From the NCBI GenBank assembly GCA_035302425.1, contig DATGSQ010000013.1, positions 16,965 to 80,964 on the forward strand: a DNA stretch of 64,000 nt. The letters are read 5' to 3'. Positions 32,471 to 41,338 of this stretch are shown here, piece by piece (position 1 is the stretch's first letter; every line of letters starts with the position of its first letter). The stretch comes from Bacillota bacterium (GTDB taxonomy: Bacteria > Bacillota > Bacilli > Bacillales > Amphibacillaceae). Position numbers and translations under genes: made by a program. The notes beneath the pieces are model-generated. The model was not told the origin of the DNA. It did no database searches and saw nothing but the letters and a program-made list of their open reading frames with translations.

Positions 32471-33136
32471 TTAAAACCCTTCTAAAATAGAGTGGGTAAT
32501 TAAATACCAACCATCAACTAAAACAAAAAGTAATATTTTAAACGGCAAGGAAATCATGACTGGTGGTAACATCATCATCCCCATTGACATTAAAACACTT
32601 GCAACAGCCATATCGATAACTAAAAACGGAATAAATATCATAAAACCCATTTGAAAGGCCGTTTTTAATTCACTAATAGCAAAAGCTGGAATGAGTGTCG
32701 TCAATGGAATATCAGCAATTGATTCTGGACGCTCCATATCTCTATAGTTCATAAATAAAGCGAGATCTTTTTGTCGTGTATGTTTTGCCATAAAATTTTT
32801 AAATGGTTCACTCGCCCGATCATAAGCTTCATCAAGGGTTATTTCCTCAGAAAATAACGGTTGTAAAGCTTCATCATAAACAGTAGAAAACGTCGGTGCC
32901 ATAATAAAGAATGTTAAAAACAATGCTAAGCCGATTAATACTTGATTCGGCGGCATTTGCTGCGTTGCAAGTGATGTTCTAACAAAACCAAGCACAACGA
33001 TTATTCGTGTGAAACTCGTCATTAAAATAAGTATACTCGGCGCAAGTGAAAGAACCGTCAGTAAGATAAGTAACCGTACGGAAGTTGAAATCGCTGCAGG
33101 CTCCGAACTTGAAAATATGTTAATAAATTCATTCAT
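32471..33136 (-). CDS. fliP: flagellar export protein FliP
   Basis: TSFTRIIVVL, MGMMMLPPVMISLPFK. Confidence 0.97.
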   Translation of the reverse strand: MNEFINIFSSSEPAAISTSVRLLILLTVLSLAPSILILMTSFTRIIVVLGFVRTSLATQQMPPNQVLIGLALFLTFFIMAPTFSTVYDEALQPLFSEEITLDEAYDRASEPFKNFMAKHTRQKDLALFMNYRDMERPESIADIPLTTLIPAFAISELKTAFQMGFMIFIPFLVIDMAVASVLMSMGMMMLPPVMISLPFKILLFVLVDGWYLITHSILEGF

Positions 33137-33830
33137 GCTTATCTTCCTTTTTCTCTAACTGATCAATCATTTGCTGACGGTTTTGTTTCATTTTATCAAG
33201 CTCATCAGCTAGCAAACGATTAAATGAATGTTGTGATCCAATTTTTTCACGATTACTTTTCATTGGAAAAAGTGATTTAAACCATTGTTTAAAGGATAAA
33301 GGCTCGACGACCTGCCTATTCGTTAAAGTTTCTATTATGTCATCATCTTCAATTTCTTTTAAAAGTTGCACATTGTCTCCAACACCGATTAAATACATTT
33401 TCGAACCGACACGAACAACTTGAATCGATTTATTTTGTCCAACACTAATCCCACCGAGGTTTTCTAATGTTTGTGTTTGTTGGAATAATTGTTGGCGCCG
33501 ATTGACGAACTTTAACATGACATAAATTAACCCGAGAACGAGTAACAAGGCAAAAATCATTTTTAAAAAGCTTGAAACTAATGATGGACCATTATCACTT
33601 TCATTCACGATAAACGGATCCTTCGATTGATCAGATTCGTTGCTTTGTTCTTTTTCATCATTTTGTTCGTCAAAATATACATTGTCAAATTGTTCACAAT
33701 CTGCACCATCTTCAAAACAATCTTCTACGTTGTTATCAGCTGCATATGTTGGTTTTAATATGAGAAATGAGAACAATATGAACAAATAAATGTACCGTAT
33801 AAAGCGGTTGTTGTCATCCACGTGTTTCAC
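33129..33830 (-). CDS. fliO: flagellar biosynthesis protein FliO/FliZ
   Basis: TM segment then LGGISVGQNKSIQVVRVG; between cheY and fliP; start uncertain (33821 or 33830). Confidence 0.88.
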   Translation of the reverse strand: MKHVDDNNRFIRYIYLFILFSFLILKPTYAADNNVEDCFEDGADCEQFDNVYFDEQNDEKEQSNESDQSKDPFIVNESDNGPSLVSSFLKMIFALLLVLGLIYVMLKFVNRRQQLFQQTQTLENLGGISVGQNKSIQVVRVGSKMYLIGVGDNVQLLKEIEDDDIIETLTNRQVVEPLSFKQWFKSLFPMKSNREKIGSQHSFNRLLADELDKMKQNRQQMIDQLEKKEDKHE

Positions 33831-33836
33831 TCTTTC

Positions 33837-34199
33837 TTAACTAAGCGCCTTTTCGATAGCTTCTAAAACTCTTTCCGCTTGGAAAGGTTTAACGATAAAA
33901 TCTTTAGCACCTGCTTGAATCGCATCAATAACCATTGCTTGTTGTCCCATCGCCGAACACATAATAACTATTGCGTCAGGATTAAACTCTTTAATTTCTT
34001 TTAAAGCAGTAACTCCATCCATCTCTGGCATAGTAATGTCCATTGTCACTAAATCTGGATTTAATTCTTTATATTTTTCAACAGCTTCGACACCATCCTG
34101 TGCCTCACCAACGACCTCGTAGCCGTTTTTCGTTAAAATATCTTTGATCATCATTCTCATAAATGCGGCATCATCTACAATTAAAATGGTTTTTCCCAT
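33837..34199 (-). CDS. cheY: chemotaxis response regulator CheY
   Basis: VDDAAFMRMMIK, TMDITMPEMDG, FIVKPF. Confidence 0.97.
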   Translation of the reverse strand: MGKTILIVDDAAFMRMMIKDILTKNGYEVVGEAQDGVEAVEKYKELNPDLVTMDITMPEMDGVTALKEIKEFNPDAIVIMCSAMGQQAMVIDAIQAGAKDFIVKPFQAERVLEAIEKALS

Positions 34200-34220
34200 G
34201 ATTTATCCCCCTAGTAAAAA

Positions 34221-35444
34221 TTATTGCAATGACATAATACGAGCGGATTGACTTATAATATCAGTTACTCGTACGCCAAAATTTTCGTCAATAACGACTA
34301 CCTCACCTTTTGCGACTAATGTTTCATTCACTAAAATATCTACAGGCTCTCCTGCAAGTTTATCAAGCTCGATAATTGAGCCAGTTGATAAATCTAAAAT
34401 GTCTTTGATCGGTCGTTTTGTACGGCCAAGTTCGACCGTAACTTTAAGTGGAACATCAAGCAAAAGGTCTAAGTTTCTTTGCTCATGGTCTGTTAACTTC
34501 GGTTGTTCAAAGGTCGAAAAGTTTGCTTTTTTCACATCCGAATCTTCACTAACAAAAGATTGGCCAATGACTTGTTGTTCGATTGGCTTATCTTCACTTG
34601 GTTCTTTCATAAATATATCGTCACTCTCCAAAGGCTCTTTTATAGTTTCTTCAGCGATCGCCGACACTTCTTCTTTACTCGGTTCTATAGTTGATTGCTC
34701 CTGAATTGTCTCTTCTTCAGATTGTACGTCTGTTCCGGATATTTGTAACAACTCTGCTACTAAATCATAGGCAAAGGGAAAAGGTATGAGCTGCATAATG
34801 CTCGAATCAATAAGGTCACCAACCTTTAATTGAAACGCAACTTTTACAAAAACTTCTTCATCCATTTCCTTAACAACAGTATCATCCGAAAGTGCTTCTT
34901 TTAATTCGATACTTGGCGGCGAAATATTCACTAACTTATTAAAGATCGTTGACATACTAGTTGCCGCAGAACCCATCATTTGGTTCATCACTTCTTGAAC
35001 AGCACTTAAATGTATTTCCGATAACTCTGGGTCAGGGTCTGTTCCATCTCCACCGAGCATAATATCGGAAATAATCGCTGCATCTTCCTTTTGGACGACG
35101 AATATGTTTTGACCGACAAATCCTTCTACATAATTAACAGTTACATGAACATGTTCAAAGGAAAAGCTATCATAAAGCTCTGGTTTTTTTATAATTGTAA
35201 TTGTAGGCGTAGTTATACTAACTTTATTATTAAGTAATGTTGATAAAGTTGTAGCTGAACTACCAATCGATATGTTACCAATTTCACCTAATGCATCTGC
35301 TTCAATTGGTGACAAATAATTGGAAACATTTTCACCTTTAATTTCTTCATCTTTTGCATCTTCTATATCATCGGAATCATCGTTTGTAATCGAAAGAAGT
35401 GCATCTATTTCGTCCTGTGATAGTGTGTTGTTTTCATTATCCAT
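34221..35444 (-). CDS. fliY: flagellar switch phosphatase FliY
   Basis: LSQDEIDALL, CheC-like EIGN/EVMN, C-terminal FliN (SpoA) domain. Confidence 0.95.
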   Translation of the reverse strand: MDNENNTLSQDEIDALLSITNDDSDDIEDAKDEEIKGENVSNYLSPIEADALGEIGNISIGSSATTLSTLLNNKVSITTPTITIIKKPELYDSFSFEHVHVTVNYVEGFVGQNIFVVQKEDAAIISDIMLGGDGTDPDPELSEIHLSAVQEVMNQMMGSAATSMSTIFNKLVNISPPSIELKEALSDDTVVKEMDEEVFVKVAFQLKVGDLIDSSIMQLIPFPFAYDLVAELLQISGTDVQSEEETIQEQSTIEPSKEEVSAIAEETIKEPLESDDIFMKEPSEDKPIEQQVIGQSFVSEDSDVKKANFSTFEQPKLTDHEQRNLDLLLDVPLKVTVELGRTKRPIKDILDLSTGSIIELDKLAGEPVDILVNETLVAKGEVVVIDENFGVRVTDIISQSARIMSLQ

Positions 35445-36432
35445 CTATTTCGCCCCCTTTAACTTCATCTAATACTTGTACAGATAGTCTATTTTTTACT
35501 TTACCTGGTTGAACATAAAACTTCGGCTCATCGTTCGCATATAATATTAAAGAATCATCGATCGATTTATCTAGTACAATAATATCATCTTTCATTAATT
35601 TAATAAATTGCTCGATAGAAATTGTTGATTCCCCAAGAACTGTTTTTAAATTTAAAATAGCTGACTCGATATTTTTTGAAATATTTTCAAAGGCTTCTGG
35701 GTCACGCTTTTTAGCAGGGGTTTGCATCCAATAGTGAACCGATAGTTTCGGAATAATCGGCTCAAGAACAACATGGGGAATACATATATTAATCATCCCA
35801 CTCGTCTCCCCGACTTTAGTGTTTAATGAAACGACAACAACTGTCTCATTTGGAGAAACAAGCTGTAAAAATTGTGGGTTCACTTCAAATTCTTCTAAAA
35901 TCGGATTAATTTCTGTAATCGATGACCATGCTTCTTTTAATGTTCCTATTGACTTTTCAAACAGTTGTGACATTAAAAGTGTTTCAATTTCTGTTAAATT
36001 ATCTACATTGCTAACTGTTGACCCTTTTCCACCCAATAATCGATCAAGCAAAGTATAAGCGATATTCGGGTTTACCTCGAGAACTATTCGACCATCTAAC
36101 GGTTCTACACTATAAATATTTAGGACGGTTATCGTCGGAATTGATCGGATAAATTCTTCATAAGGTATTTGATCAACCGAAGCAACAGATATGTCAACAT
36201 ATGTTCTTAGTTGGGCCGAAAAAAATGTCGTTAACAACCTTGCATAATTTTCATGAATACGTGTGATTCCGCGTATCTGATCTTTAGAAAATCTTAACGC
36301 TCGTTTAAAATCATAAACACGAACTTTTTTTTCTTGTTCTTCTTGTTTTAACTCATCAGCATCCATTTCACCTGAAGATATTGCCGATAAAAGGGCGTCT
36401 ATTTCATGTTGTGAAAGAACTTCTTCAACCAA
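35437..36432 (-). CDS. fliM: flagellar motor switch protein FliM
   Basis: LSQHEIDALL, YDFKRALRFSKDQ; TTG start. Confidence 0.97.
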   Translation of the reverse strand: MVEEVLSQHEIDALLSAISSGEMDADELKQEEQEKKVRVYDFKRALRFSKDQIRGITRIHENYARLLTTFFSAQLRTYVDISVASVDQIPYEEFIRSIPTITVLNIYSVEPLDGRIVLEVNPNIAYTLLDRLLGGKGSTVSNVDNLTEIETLLMSQLFEKSIGTLKEAWSSITEINPILEEFEVNPQFLQLVSPNETVVVVSLNTKVGETSGMINICIPHVVLEPIIPKLSVHYWMQTPAKKRDPEAFENISKNIESAILNLKTVLGESTISIEQFIKLMKDDIIVLDKSIDDSLILYANDEPKFYVQPGKVKNRLSVQVLDEVKGGEIDG

Positions 36433-36462
36433 TCGTTCCACCTCCAAACTGGAGTAAAAATA

Positions 36463-36882
36463 TTACTGTAAAATTTTGCTAATTGTATAAACGTCAACAA
36501 CTTCTCCATCAGTCATTAATTCGTTCAGTTTGTTTTTGAGAACTTTTTCCATATTACCTAAACCTGTTTTTACATCTTCTTGTGTCATCGGTGATAGTTC
36601 TTTAATAATGATGTTTTTAATTTGGAAATCGCGATGAGTAATTTCGTTAAAAGCTTTTTTCCCGTCTGTTAAAATTTGAAATTGGATTCTGACAAATGTA
36701 CCATCACTCAAGTCTGTCGTTATTTCAGGAGTTTCATAGGAATGTTTTACGAGATTTTCAATCGAATCTTTTTCACCAAAAAGTGGGTTACCTGTCACAT
36801 TAGCAACAATGACAACAACTATTCCACCACCGACTAATAAAACTGCTAAAGAAGTAATCATCGTTTTAACGAGTCTACTCAT
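36463..36882 (-). CDS. fliL: flagellar basal body protein FliL
   Basis: N-terminal TM, EITTDL..FVRIQF; position. Confidence 0.88.
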   Translation of the reverse strand: MSRLVKTMITSLAVLLVGGGIVVVIVANVTGNPLFGEKDSIENLVKHSYETPEITTDLSDGTFVRIQFQILTDGKKAFNEITHRDFQIKNIIIKELSPMTQEDVKTGLGNMEKVLKNKLNELMTDGEVVDVYTISKILQ

Positions 36883-37087
36883 TTCCTTCACCTACCCTAG
36901 CACCAATTAAACCAAGACCACTGTAATAATCATTAATTTTTTTAACGACATCAGTTTCTGCATCTTTAACAACAAACTTTTTTCCATTAGTTAATGTAAT
37001 TGTTGTATCAGGAAATGACTGAATTTGTTCAATCATCATCACATTTATGTAAAAAGTTTCACCATTTAAGCGAGTTAGTTGTATCAT
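36875..37087 (-). CDS. flbD: FlbD/SwrD family flagellar protein
   Basis: MIQLTRLNG..IEQIQSFPDTTITLTNGKKFVVK. Confidence 0.92.
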   Translation of the reverse strand: MIQLTRLNGETFYINVMMIEQIQSFPDTTITLTNGKKFVVKDAETDVVKKINDYYSGLGLIGARVGEGNE

Positions 37088-37096
37088 TGATATGGC

Positions 37097-37131
37097 GGGA
37101 GAACCGAGCGTTCGATTCCCCCTACCTCCTT
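37097..37131 (-). promoter_or_regulatory. SD followed by an 11-bp hairpin before the flbD start (split RBS)
   Basis: AAGGAGGU (37124-37131), stem GGGGGAAUCGA/UCGGUUCUCCC (37097-37122), then AUG at 37087. Confidence 0.6.
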
Positions 37132-37134
37132 ACT

Positions 37135-37986
37135 TTATCGTTTTAAATTAACGAGTTCTTGTAAAATTTCATCAGACGTTGTAATAATTCGTGTATTCGC
37201 TTGAAAGCCTCGTTGTGCCGTAATCATTTCCGTAAACTCTTCCGCTAAGTCGACATTAGACATCTCAAGTGCTCCACTAATGAGGGAGCCCGCTGTATTG
37301 TTTTCTGGCTGTGTAACTAACGGATCACCAGAGTTTTCTGTTGCACGATATAAATTTTCACCCATTTTTTCTAAACCTGCGGGGTTAGAGAAGACGGCTA
37401 AGCCAATTGGTTGTGTCAATGTCTCCGTTACGTTATTCTGAGTTACAATAACAATCGACCCGTCTTTTTCTATACTAATACTTTGTGGTCTATTATTTTG
37501 ACTATCTTCTATTTTAATTCGATAGCTACTTAAATCATCTACATCGGTATTATCAATAGCATCGTTTAAAACATAATAACCATTCGCATTGACTAAAAAG
37601 CCTTCATGATCTAAATAAAAGTTACCAGCCCGTGTATAGGCAATCCCATTAGGTGTATCAACCATAAAATAACCGTCCCCTTCAATTTGTAAATCGAGAG
37701 GGTTATTCGTCGTTTCTCTAAATCCTTGTGTATGAATGACGTCAATTGAACTTAATGCAGAACCTGTACCGACTTGCATCGGGTTAACACCTCCACGGGT
37801 GCGTGCACCCTCTGGTCCCGCCGGCCCCATCGCTCCCTGGGTCGTTTGACTCATTAAATCTTGAAAAGTTACTCGACTTTTCTTATAACCTACAGTATTA
37901 ACATTCGCGATATTGTTACCGATCACGTCTAATTTCGTTTGAAAGCCACGTAATCCAGATACTCCAGAATATAATGAACGTAACAT
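37135..37986 (-). CDS. flgE: flagellar hook protein (short Bacillus FlgE)
   Basis: LDVIGNNIANVNTVGYK, YTRAGNF, LEMSNVDLAEEF; position after flgD. Confidence 0.9.
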   Translation of the reverse strand: MLRSLYSGVSGLRGFQTKLDVIGNNIANVNTVGYKKSRVTFQDLMSQTTQGAMGPAGPEGARTRGGVNPMQVGTGSALSSIDVIHTQGFRETTNNPLDLQIEGDGYFMVDTPNGIAYTRAGNFYLDHEGFLVNANGYYVLNDAIDNTDVDDLSSYRIKIEDSQNNRPQSISIEKDGSIVIVTQNNVTETLTQPIGLAVFSNPAGLEKMGENLYRATENSGDPLVTQPENNTAGSLISGALEMSNVDLAEEFTEMITAQRGFQANTRIITTSDEILQELVNLKR

Positions 37987-38014
37987 ATTTTTCTCTCCTT
38001 TAGATGATTGCTCT

Positions 38015-38064
38015 AACTGCTTCAGTCACTCAGCAGTTTAACGGCTTCCTAAAAAGGTCCAGCC
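38015..38064 (-). ncRNA. candidate cis-regulatory two-hairpin RNA upstream of flgE
   Basis: GGCUGGACCUUUUUAGGAAGCC and AACUGCUGAGUGACUGAAGCAGUU; GC-rich in an AT-rich context, no U-tract. Confidence 0.5.
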
Positions 38065-38438
38065 TATTTTGTCAAAATAATCGTTCCATTAATATTTGTG
38101 AAAATTTTACTTTCTGCTTCATCATTGTTCAATGCTGTAATAATTGTATGTTTTTCAGCATTAACGAGTAATGTTGCATTATTTAAAACGACGACAGATT
38201 CACGTACACCTTTTTGTTTTGCTTCTTTTAACTTTGAACTAAGGGTGGCCCATTGTCTGTCACTTAAATAAATATTTCTTTCAACCATCCGCTCTTTAGC
38301 ATGTTTACTAATTTTAACAGTCTGTTTATTAGCCAAAATTTCTCCGAAGTTTTTAGTTGATTCGGTCGGTTTTTGGCGATGTTTAACCGTTTGATCATAG
38401 ATTGTTGGATGGTATAGATGATGAATGCGTTCTGTCAT
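38064..38438 (-). CDS. TIGR02530 family flagellar operon protein
   Basis: KISKHAKERM..KGVRESVV..TIITA..IFTNINGTII; between flgD and flgE. Confidence 0.88.
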   Translation of the reverse strand: MTERIHHLYHPTIYDQTVKHRQKPTESTKNFGEILANKQTVKISKHAKERMVERNIYLSDRQWATLSSKLKEAKQKGVRESVVVLNNATLLVNAEKHTIITALNNDEAESKIFTNINGTIILTK

Positions 38439-38442
38439 TCTA

Positions 38443-38901
38443 TCAACTTCCCTCACCCGTATTATTTTTCCCAGTACCTGCCTCGATGATGGAATCAGCA
38501 TAGATTTCTTCGCCGTTTGCTAATTTAAAAATAGCCCAGCCATCTTTTTGAATAACAGATAATACTTCACTCGTATCTGTTCCTTTAATTTGTCCAGTTT
38601 CTTCATCGTACGTATAATAAGAGACGGTTTGTCCAATCATATGGCTATACTGAACAATTGGCGAAATCAGTTGGCTTTGCACGAGTGCATCAATTGATTT
38701 AGCCATATTCATTGTTTGTTCAAGGGATGAAAAAGTAGCCATTTGTGAAATAAATTCTTTATCTTCCATCGGATTTAATGGATCTTGATTTTGTAATTGA
38801 ACCATTAATATTTTTAAAAATTCTTCCTTACCTAGCTCAGTTCCCGGTGTTCTCGTTGGCTGATTCTTAGGTAAATAAAACGAATCATCAATTTTATTCA
38901 T
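38443..38901 (-). CDS. flgD: flagellar hook capping protein FlgD
   Basis: LGKEEFLKILMVQLQNQDPLNPMEDKEFISQMATFSSLEQ. Confidence 0.96.
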   Translation of the reverse strand: MNKIDDSFYLPKNQPTRTPGTELGKEEFLKILMVQLQNQDPLNPMEDKEFISQMATFSSLEQTMNMAKSIDALVQSQLISPIVQYSHMIGQTVSYYTYDEETGQIKGTDTSEVLSVIQKDGWAIFKLANGEEIYADSIIEAGTGKNNTGEGS

Positions 38902-38914
38902 TAGTTCACCTCGT

Positions 38915-40252
38915 TTAAACAAACTCATGTAAAATTTTATGAAAATCTAAATGCTCTTTTTCTTGAGTTAAGTTTTCATCGTCATCATGTTGTTGTTCAT
39001 CGTGTTGTTCTTGAGCATCTTCATCTTTCATAAAGGAGTCATCCTTTGGTAAGACTTCCTGCCCATCAGCAACTTTTTCAATTGACACTTGATGCGGGGC
39101 AAACATATGTTTCAATTGATGAATATTAGATTCGAGAATTGACTTAGTCGCTTGTGATGAAACGATAATTTTTACTGCCATTTCGCCATTAACTTCAACA
39201 AAACGAACGAGCATTTCTCCTAAATTGTCCGGTCTTAATGTAATCGCCAGTTGATTTGTCAATGATTGTGTTGGTGAAAATTGACTCGTTTGGACAATTT
39301 GTCGAAACTGTTTTAACAATTGTTCGTTCATAAAATGATCATTTTCCGATCGTTGCATGTAAATAACATATTGCTCAATCGGTGACATCGTTTGAGTTTT
39401 CAATATGTTAGGAGCAATTGTTTGAGCTTCGTTTATGTTCGTTGTTTTTGTAAGTAATGTCGGTGCCAAATGTTTCATCCATTTAATAACATCCGTTGTT
39501 GTTACTTTACTTTCGGTATTATAAGTTGCTTGTTTGGCAAAATTTGTCCGTTTAGAAAATCGACTCATAAGTTCTTTAAACAAACGTTGCAGCTCATCGT
39601 CACTTTCATTCATTAATTGTGTTAGTTGTAATTGTTCACTTTGATTGAGTTGATGAAATTGTTCTAACAGCCGCAATATTTCTGGTGCTTTTTTCATAAG
39701 CCCTTCTTCTGAACTAATTGATTGCATCATCTGATTAAATTGTTGCAATAATCGTTGATGGTCTATATGTTCTTCCTTCGTCTGTAAGTGTTGGCTTGGC
39801 ATATTCAATGGCATGGACGATTTAAAATTTGTATTGTTAAACAGTTCATATATACGATCCTTCGTTCCATTTTCGGTTGTTAAATTTAACATTAATGGCT
39901 CTATTATTTCTTCTTCCGAAATAGGTGGGCTGATCGCTAACAATTCATTAACTGAAATAACTAATTCTTTTATAAACGTTTCATTTTGCTCCTGTTCACT
40001 AAGTGAATGAACGAGTTCCCATATTTTTTCTATATCAGCATCACTTAACTGAAGTAGCTCACTTATTTGTTGCACAATCGATGAAAGTGTTTCGTCCGAT
40101 AACGATTGATTCAGATTCTCTGACTCCGTAGCTGCAGCTAAAGCATGTAAAAATTGCTCGTTATTAAAGGTAGCCTTACCGTAACTAGTAGTAGATTCAG
40201 AGAAATCCTTTGGTACATAATCATTAAAAAAGAGAAGTTGTAATCCGTTCAC
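38915..40252 (-). CDS. fliK: flagellar hook-length control protein FliK
   Basis: C-terminal LRPDNLGEMLVRF..LESNIHQLK; position. Confidence 0.88.
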   Translation of the reverse strand: MNGLQLLFFNDYVPKDFSESTTSYGKATFNNEQFLHALAAATESENLNQSLSDETLSSIVQQISELLQLSDADIEKIWELVHSLSEQEQNETFIKELVISVNELLAISPPISEEEIIEPLMLNLTTENGTKDRIYELFNNTNFKSSMPLNMPSQHLQTKEEHIDHQRLLQQFNQMMQSISSEEGLMKKAPEILRLLEQFHQLNQSEQLQLTQLMNESDDELQRLFKELMSRFSKRTNFAKQATYNTESKVTTTDVIKWMKHLAPTLLTKTTNINEAQTIAPNILKTQTMSPIEQYVIYMQRSENDHFMNEQLLKQFRQIVQTSQFSPTQSLTNQLAITLRPDNLGEMLVRFVEVNGEMAVKIIVSSQATKSILESNIHQLKHMFAPHQVSIEKVADGQEVLPKDDSFMKDEDAQEQHDEQQHDDDENLTQEKEHLDFHKILHEFV

Positions 40253-40285
40253 TACGCATTCACCCCCTTTCAAAGAATAATAGAT

Positions 40286-40885
40286 CTATTGTTGATCTAT
40301 CATTAACTCTGTTAATTCGGCAGCTAATTTAGGTTCCATCGCTTCAAGTATTTTGCCACGTACATCATTTGAAACTGTGTTAAGTAGTTCGACAGCAATG
40401 TTTTTATCTAAATCAGAAAATATTAATGCGGCTTGTTTCGGTTTCATCGTTTTAAACGAAGCTGACAGTTTTTTAATCATTTCTTCATCGGATGCTGTAA
40501 GCGATGTTTCTTCTTCACTATTATCCTTAGCAAATTCAAGTTGAGCTTCTAGTTTATCAATTTCATTTTCAAGTTGTTCGATCGTGCTTTTATATGATTC
40601 AATTTCTGTTAAATAAGAATTAGTTGTTGTGTCGTGTTCATCTTTTAATTCGTTAAACTTCTCTTCAAGTTCTTGATAGGATTTTTCCTCATCAGTAGTA
40701 ATCATTGCAGAAATAACAGGTACTTTCTTGCCAGTATTTTTTAGCCAGCTGTTTACATCAACACCTGCTAACAATAATACCGTATAAATTAAAACTAACA
40801 TGACGACCATCGGGATGACGATGGCAAAAAGAAACCACAATATTGGATTTGTTTTTTTATTTTGTTGATCCATCTGCTTACTCAA
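40286..40885 (-). CDS. ylxF: YlxF / MotE (MgtE_N-like) flagellar protein
   Basis: TM plus coiled coil plus MKPKQAALI..GKILEAMEPKLAA. Confidence 0.85.
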   Translation of the reverse strand: MSKQMDQQNKKTNPILWFLFAIVIPMVVMLVLIYTVLLLAGVDVNSWLKNTGKKVPVISAMITTDEEKSYQELEEKFNELKDEHDTTTNSYLTEIESYKSTIEQLENEIDKLEAQLEFAKDNSEEETSLTASDEEMIKKLSASFKTMKPKQAALIFSDLDKNIAVELLNTVSNDVRGKILEAMEPKLAAELTELMIDQQ

Positions 40886-40891
40886 AACGAC

Positions 40892-41338
40892 TCACCTATT
40901 TTTTTGACTCATATATTGTTGAATGGATATTTCATCCATTAAAATATTTTCTTCTCTCTTTTCCTTCGCTTTAATTTTCTCGCGGCGAAGTTCGATTATT
41001 TTCTCAATTTTTTTAAATTCGATATGTTTATTCGTTAAATTTGCTTTATGATGTTCCATTAAAGCGCGGGCTTCATTCACTTCTTCTTGAATGGCGATAA
41101 TCTCTCGTTTTAGTTGTTCGATATAAGTAGACTGTTCACGTAATTCAGTAATTGTCATCTTTTTCTGTAATGTTTCATCCAGGAGTTGTTCTGCCGTTTC
41201 TTTCTTTTTTAATTTCTCGTAAAGATTTAAGGCGACCTTTTCAAATGCTTCGACTGAACGATGATGTTTAAGTTGGGCTTCATTTTTTTCATTTTCTTTT
41301 ACGTGTAAAATCTTTTCTAAAGATAACAGTTGACTCAT
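40892..41338 (-). CDS. fliJ: flagellar export chaperone FliJ
   Basis: Coiled coil, LEKILHVKE..MDEISIQQY; follows fliI. Confidence 0.92.
   Translation of the reverse strand: MSQLLSLEKILHVKENEKNEAQLKHHRSVEAFEKVALNLYEKLKKKETAEQLLDETLQKKMTITELREQSTYIEQLKREIIAIQEEVNEARALMEHHKANLTNKHIEFKKIEKIIELRREKIKAKEKREENILMDEISIQQYMSQKNR

Noticed and set aside
37135-37986. Short (283 aa) hook gene as a truncated flgE or a misplaced flgG
   Set aside because: Bacillus FlgE is normally this short; both termini are intact and the position after flgD is canonical
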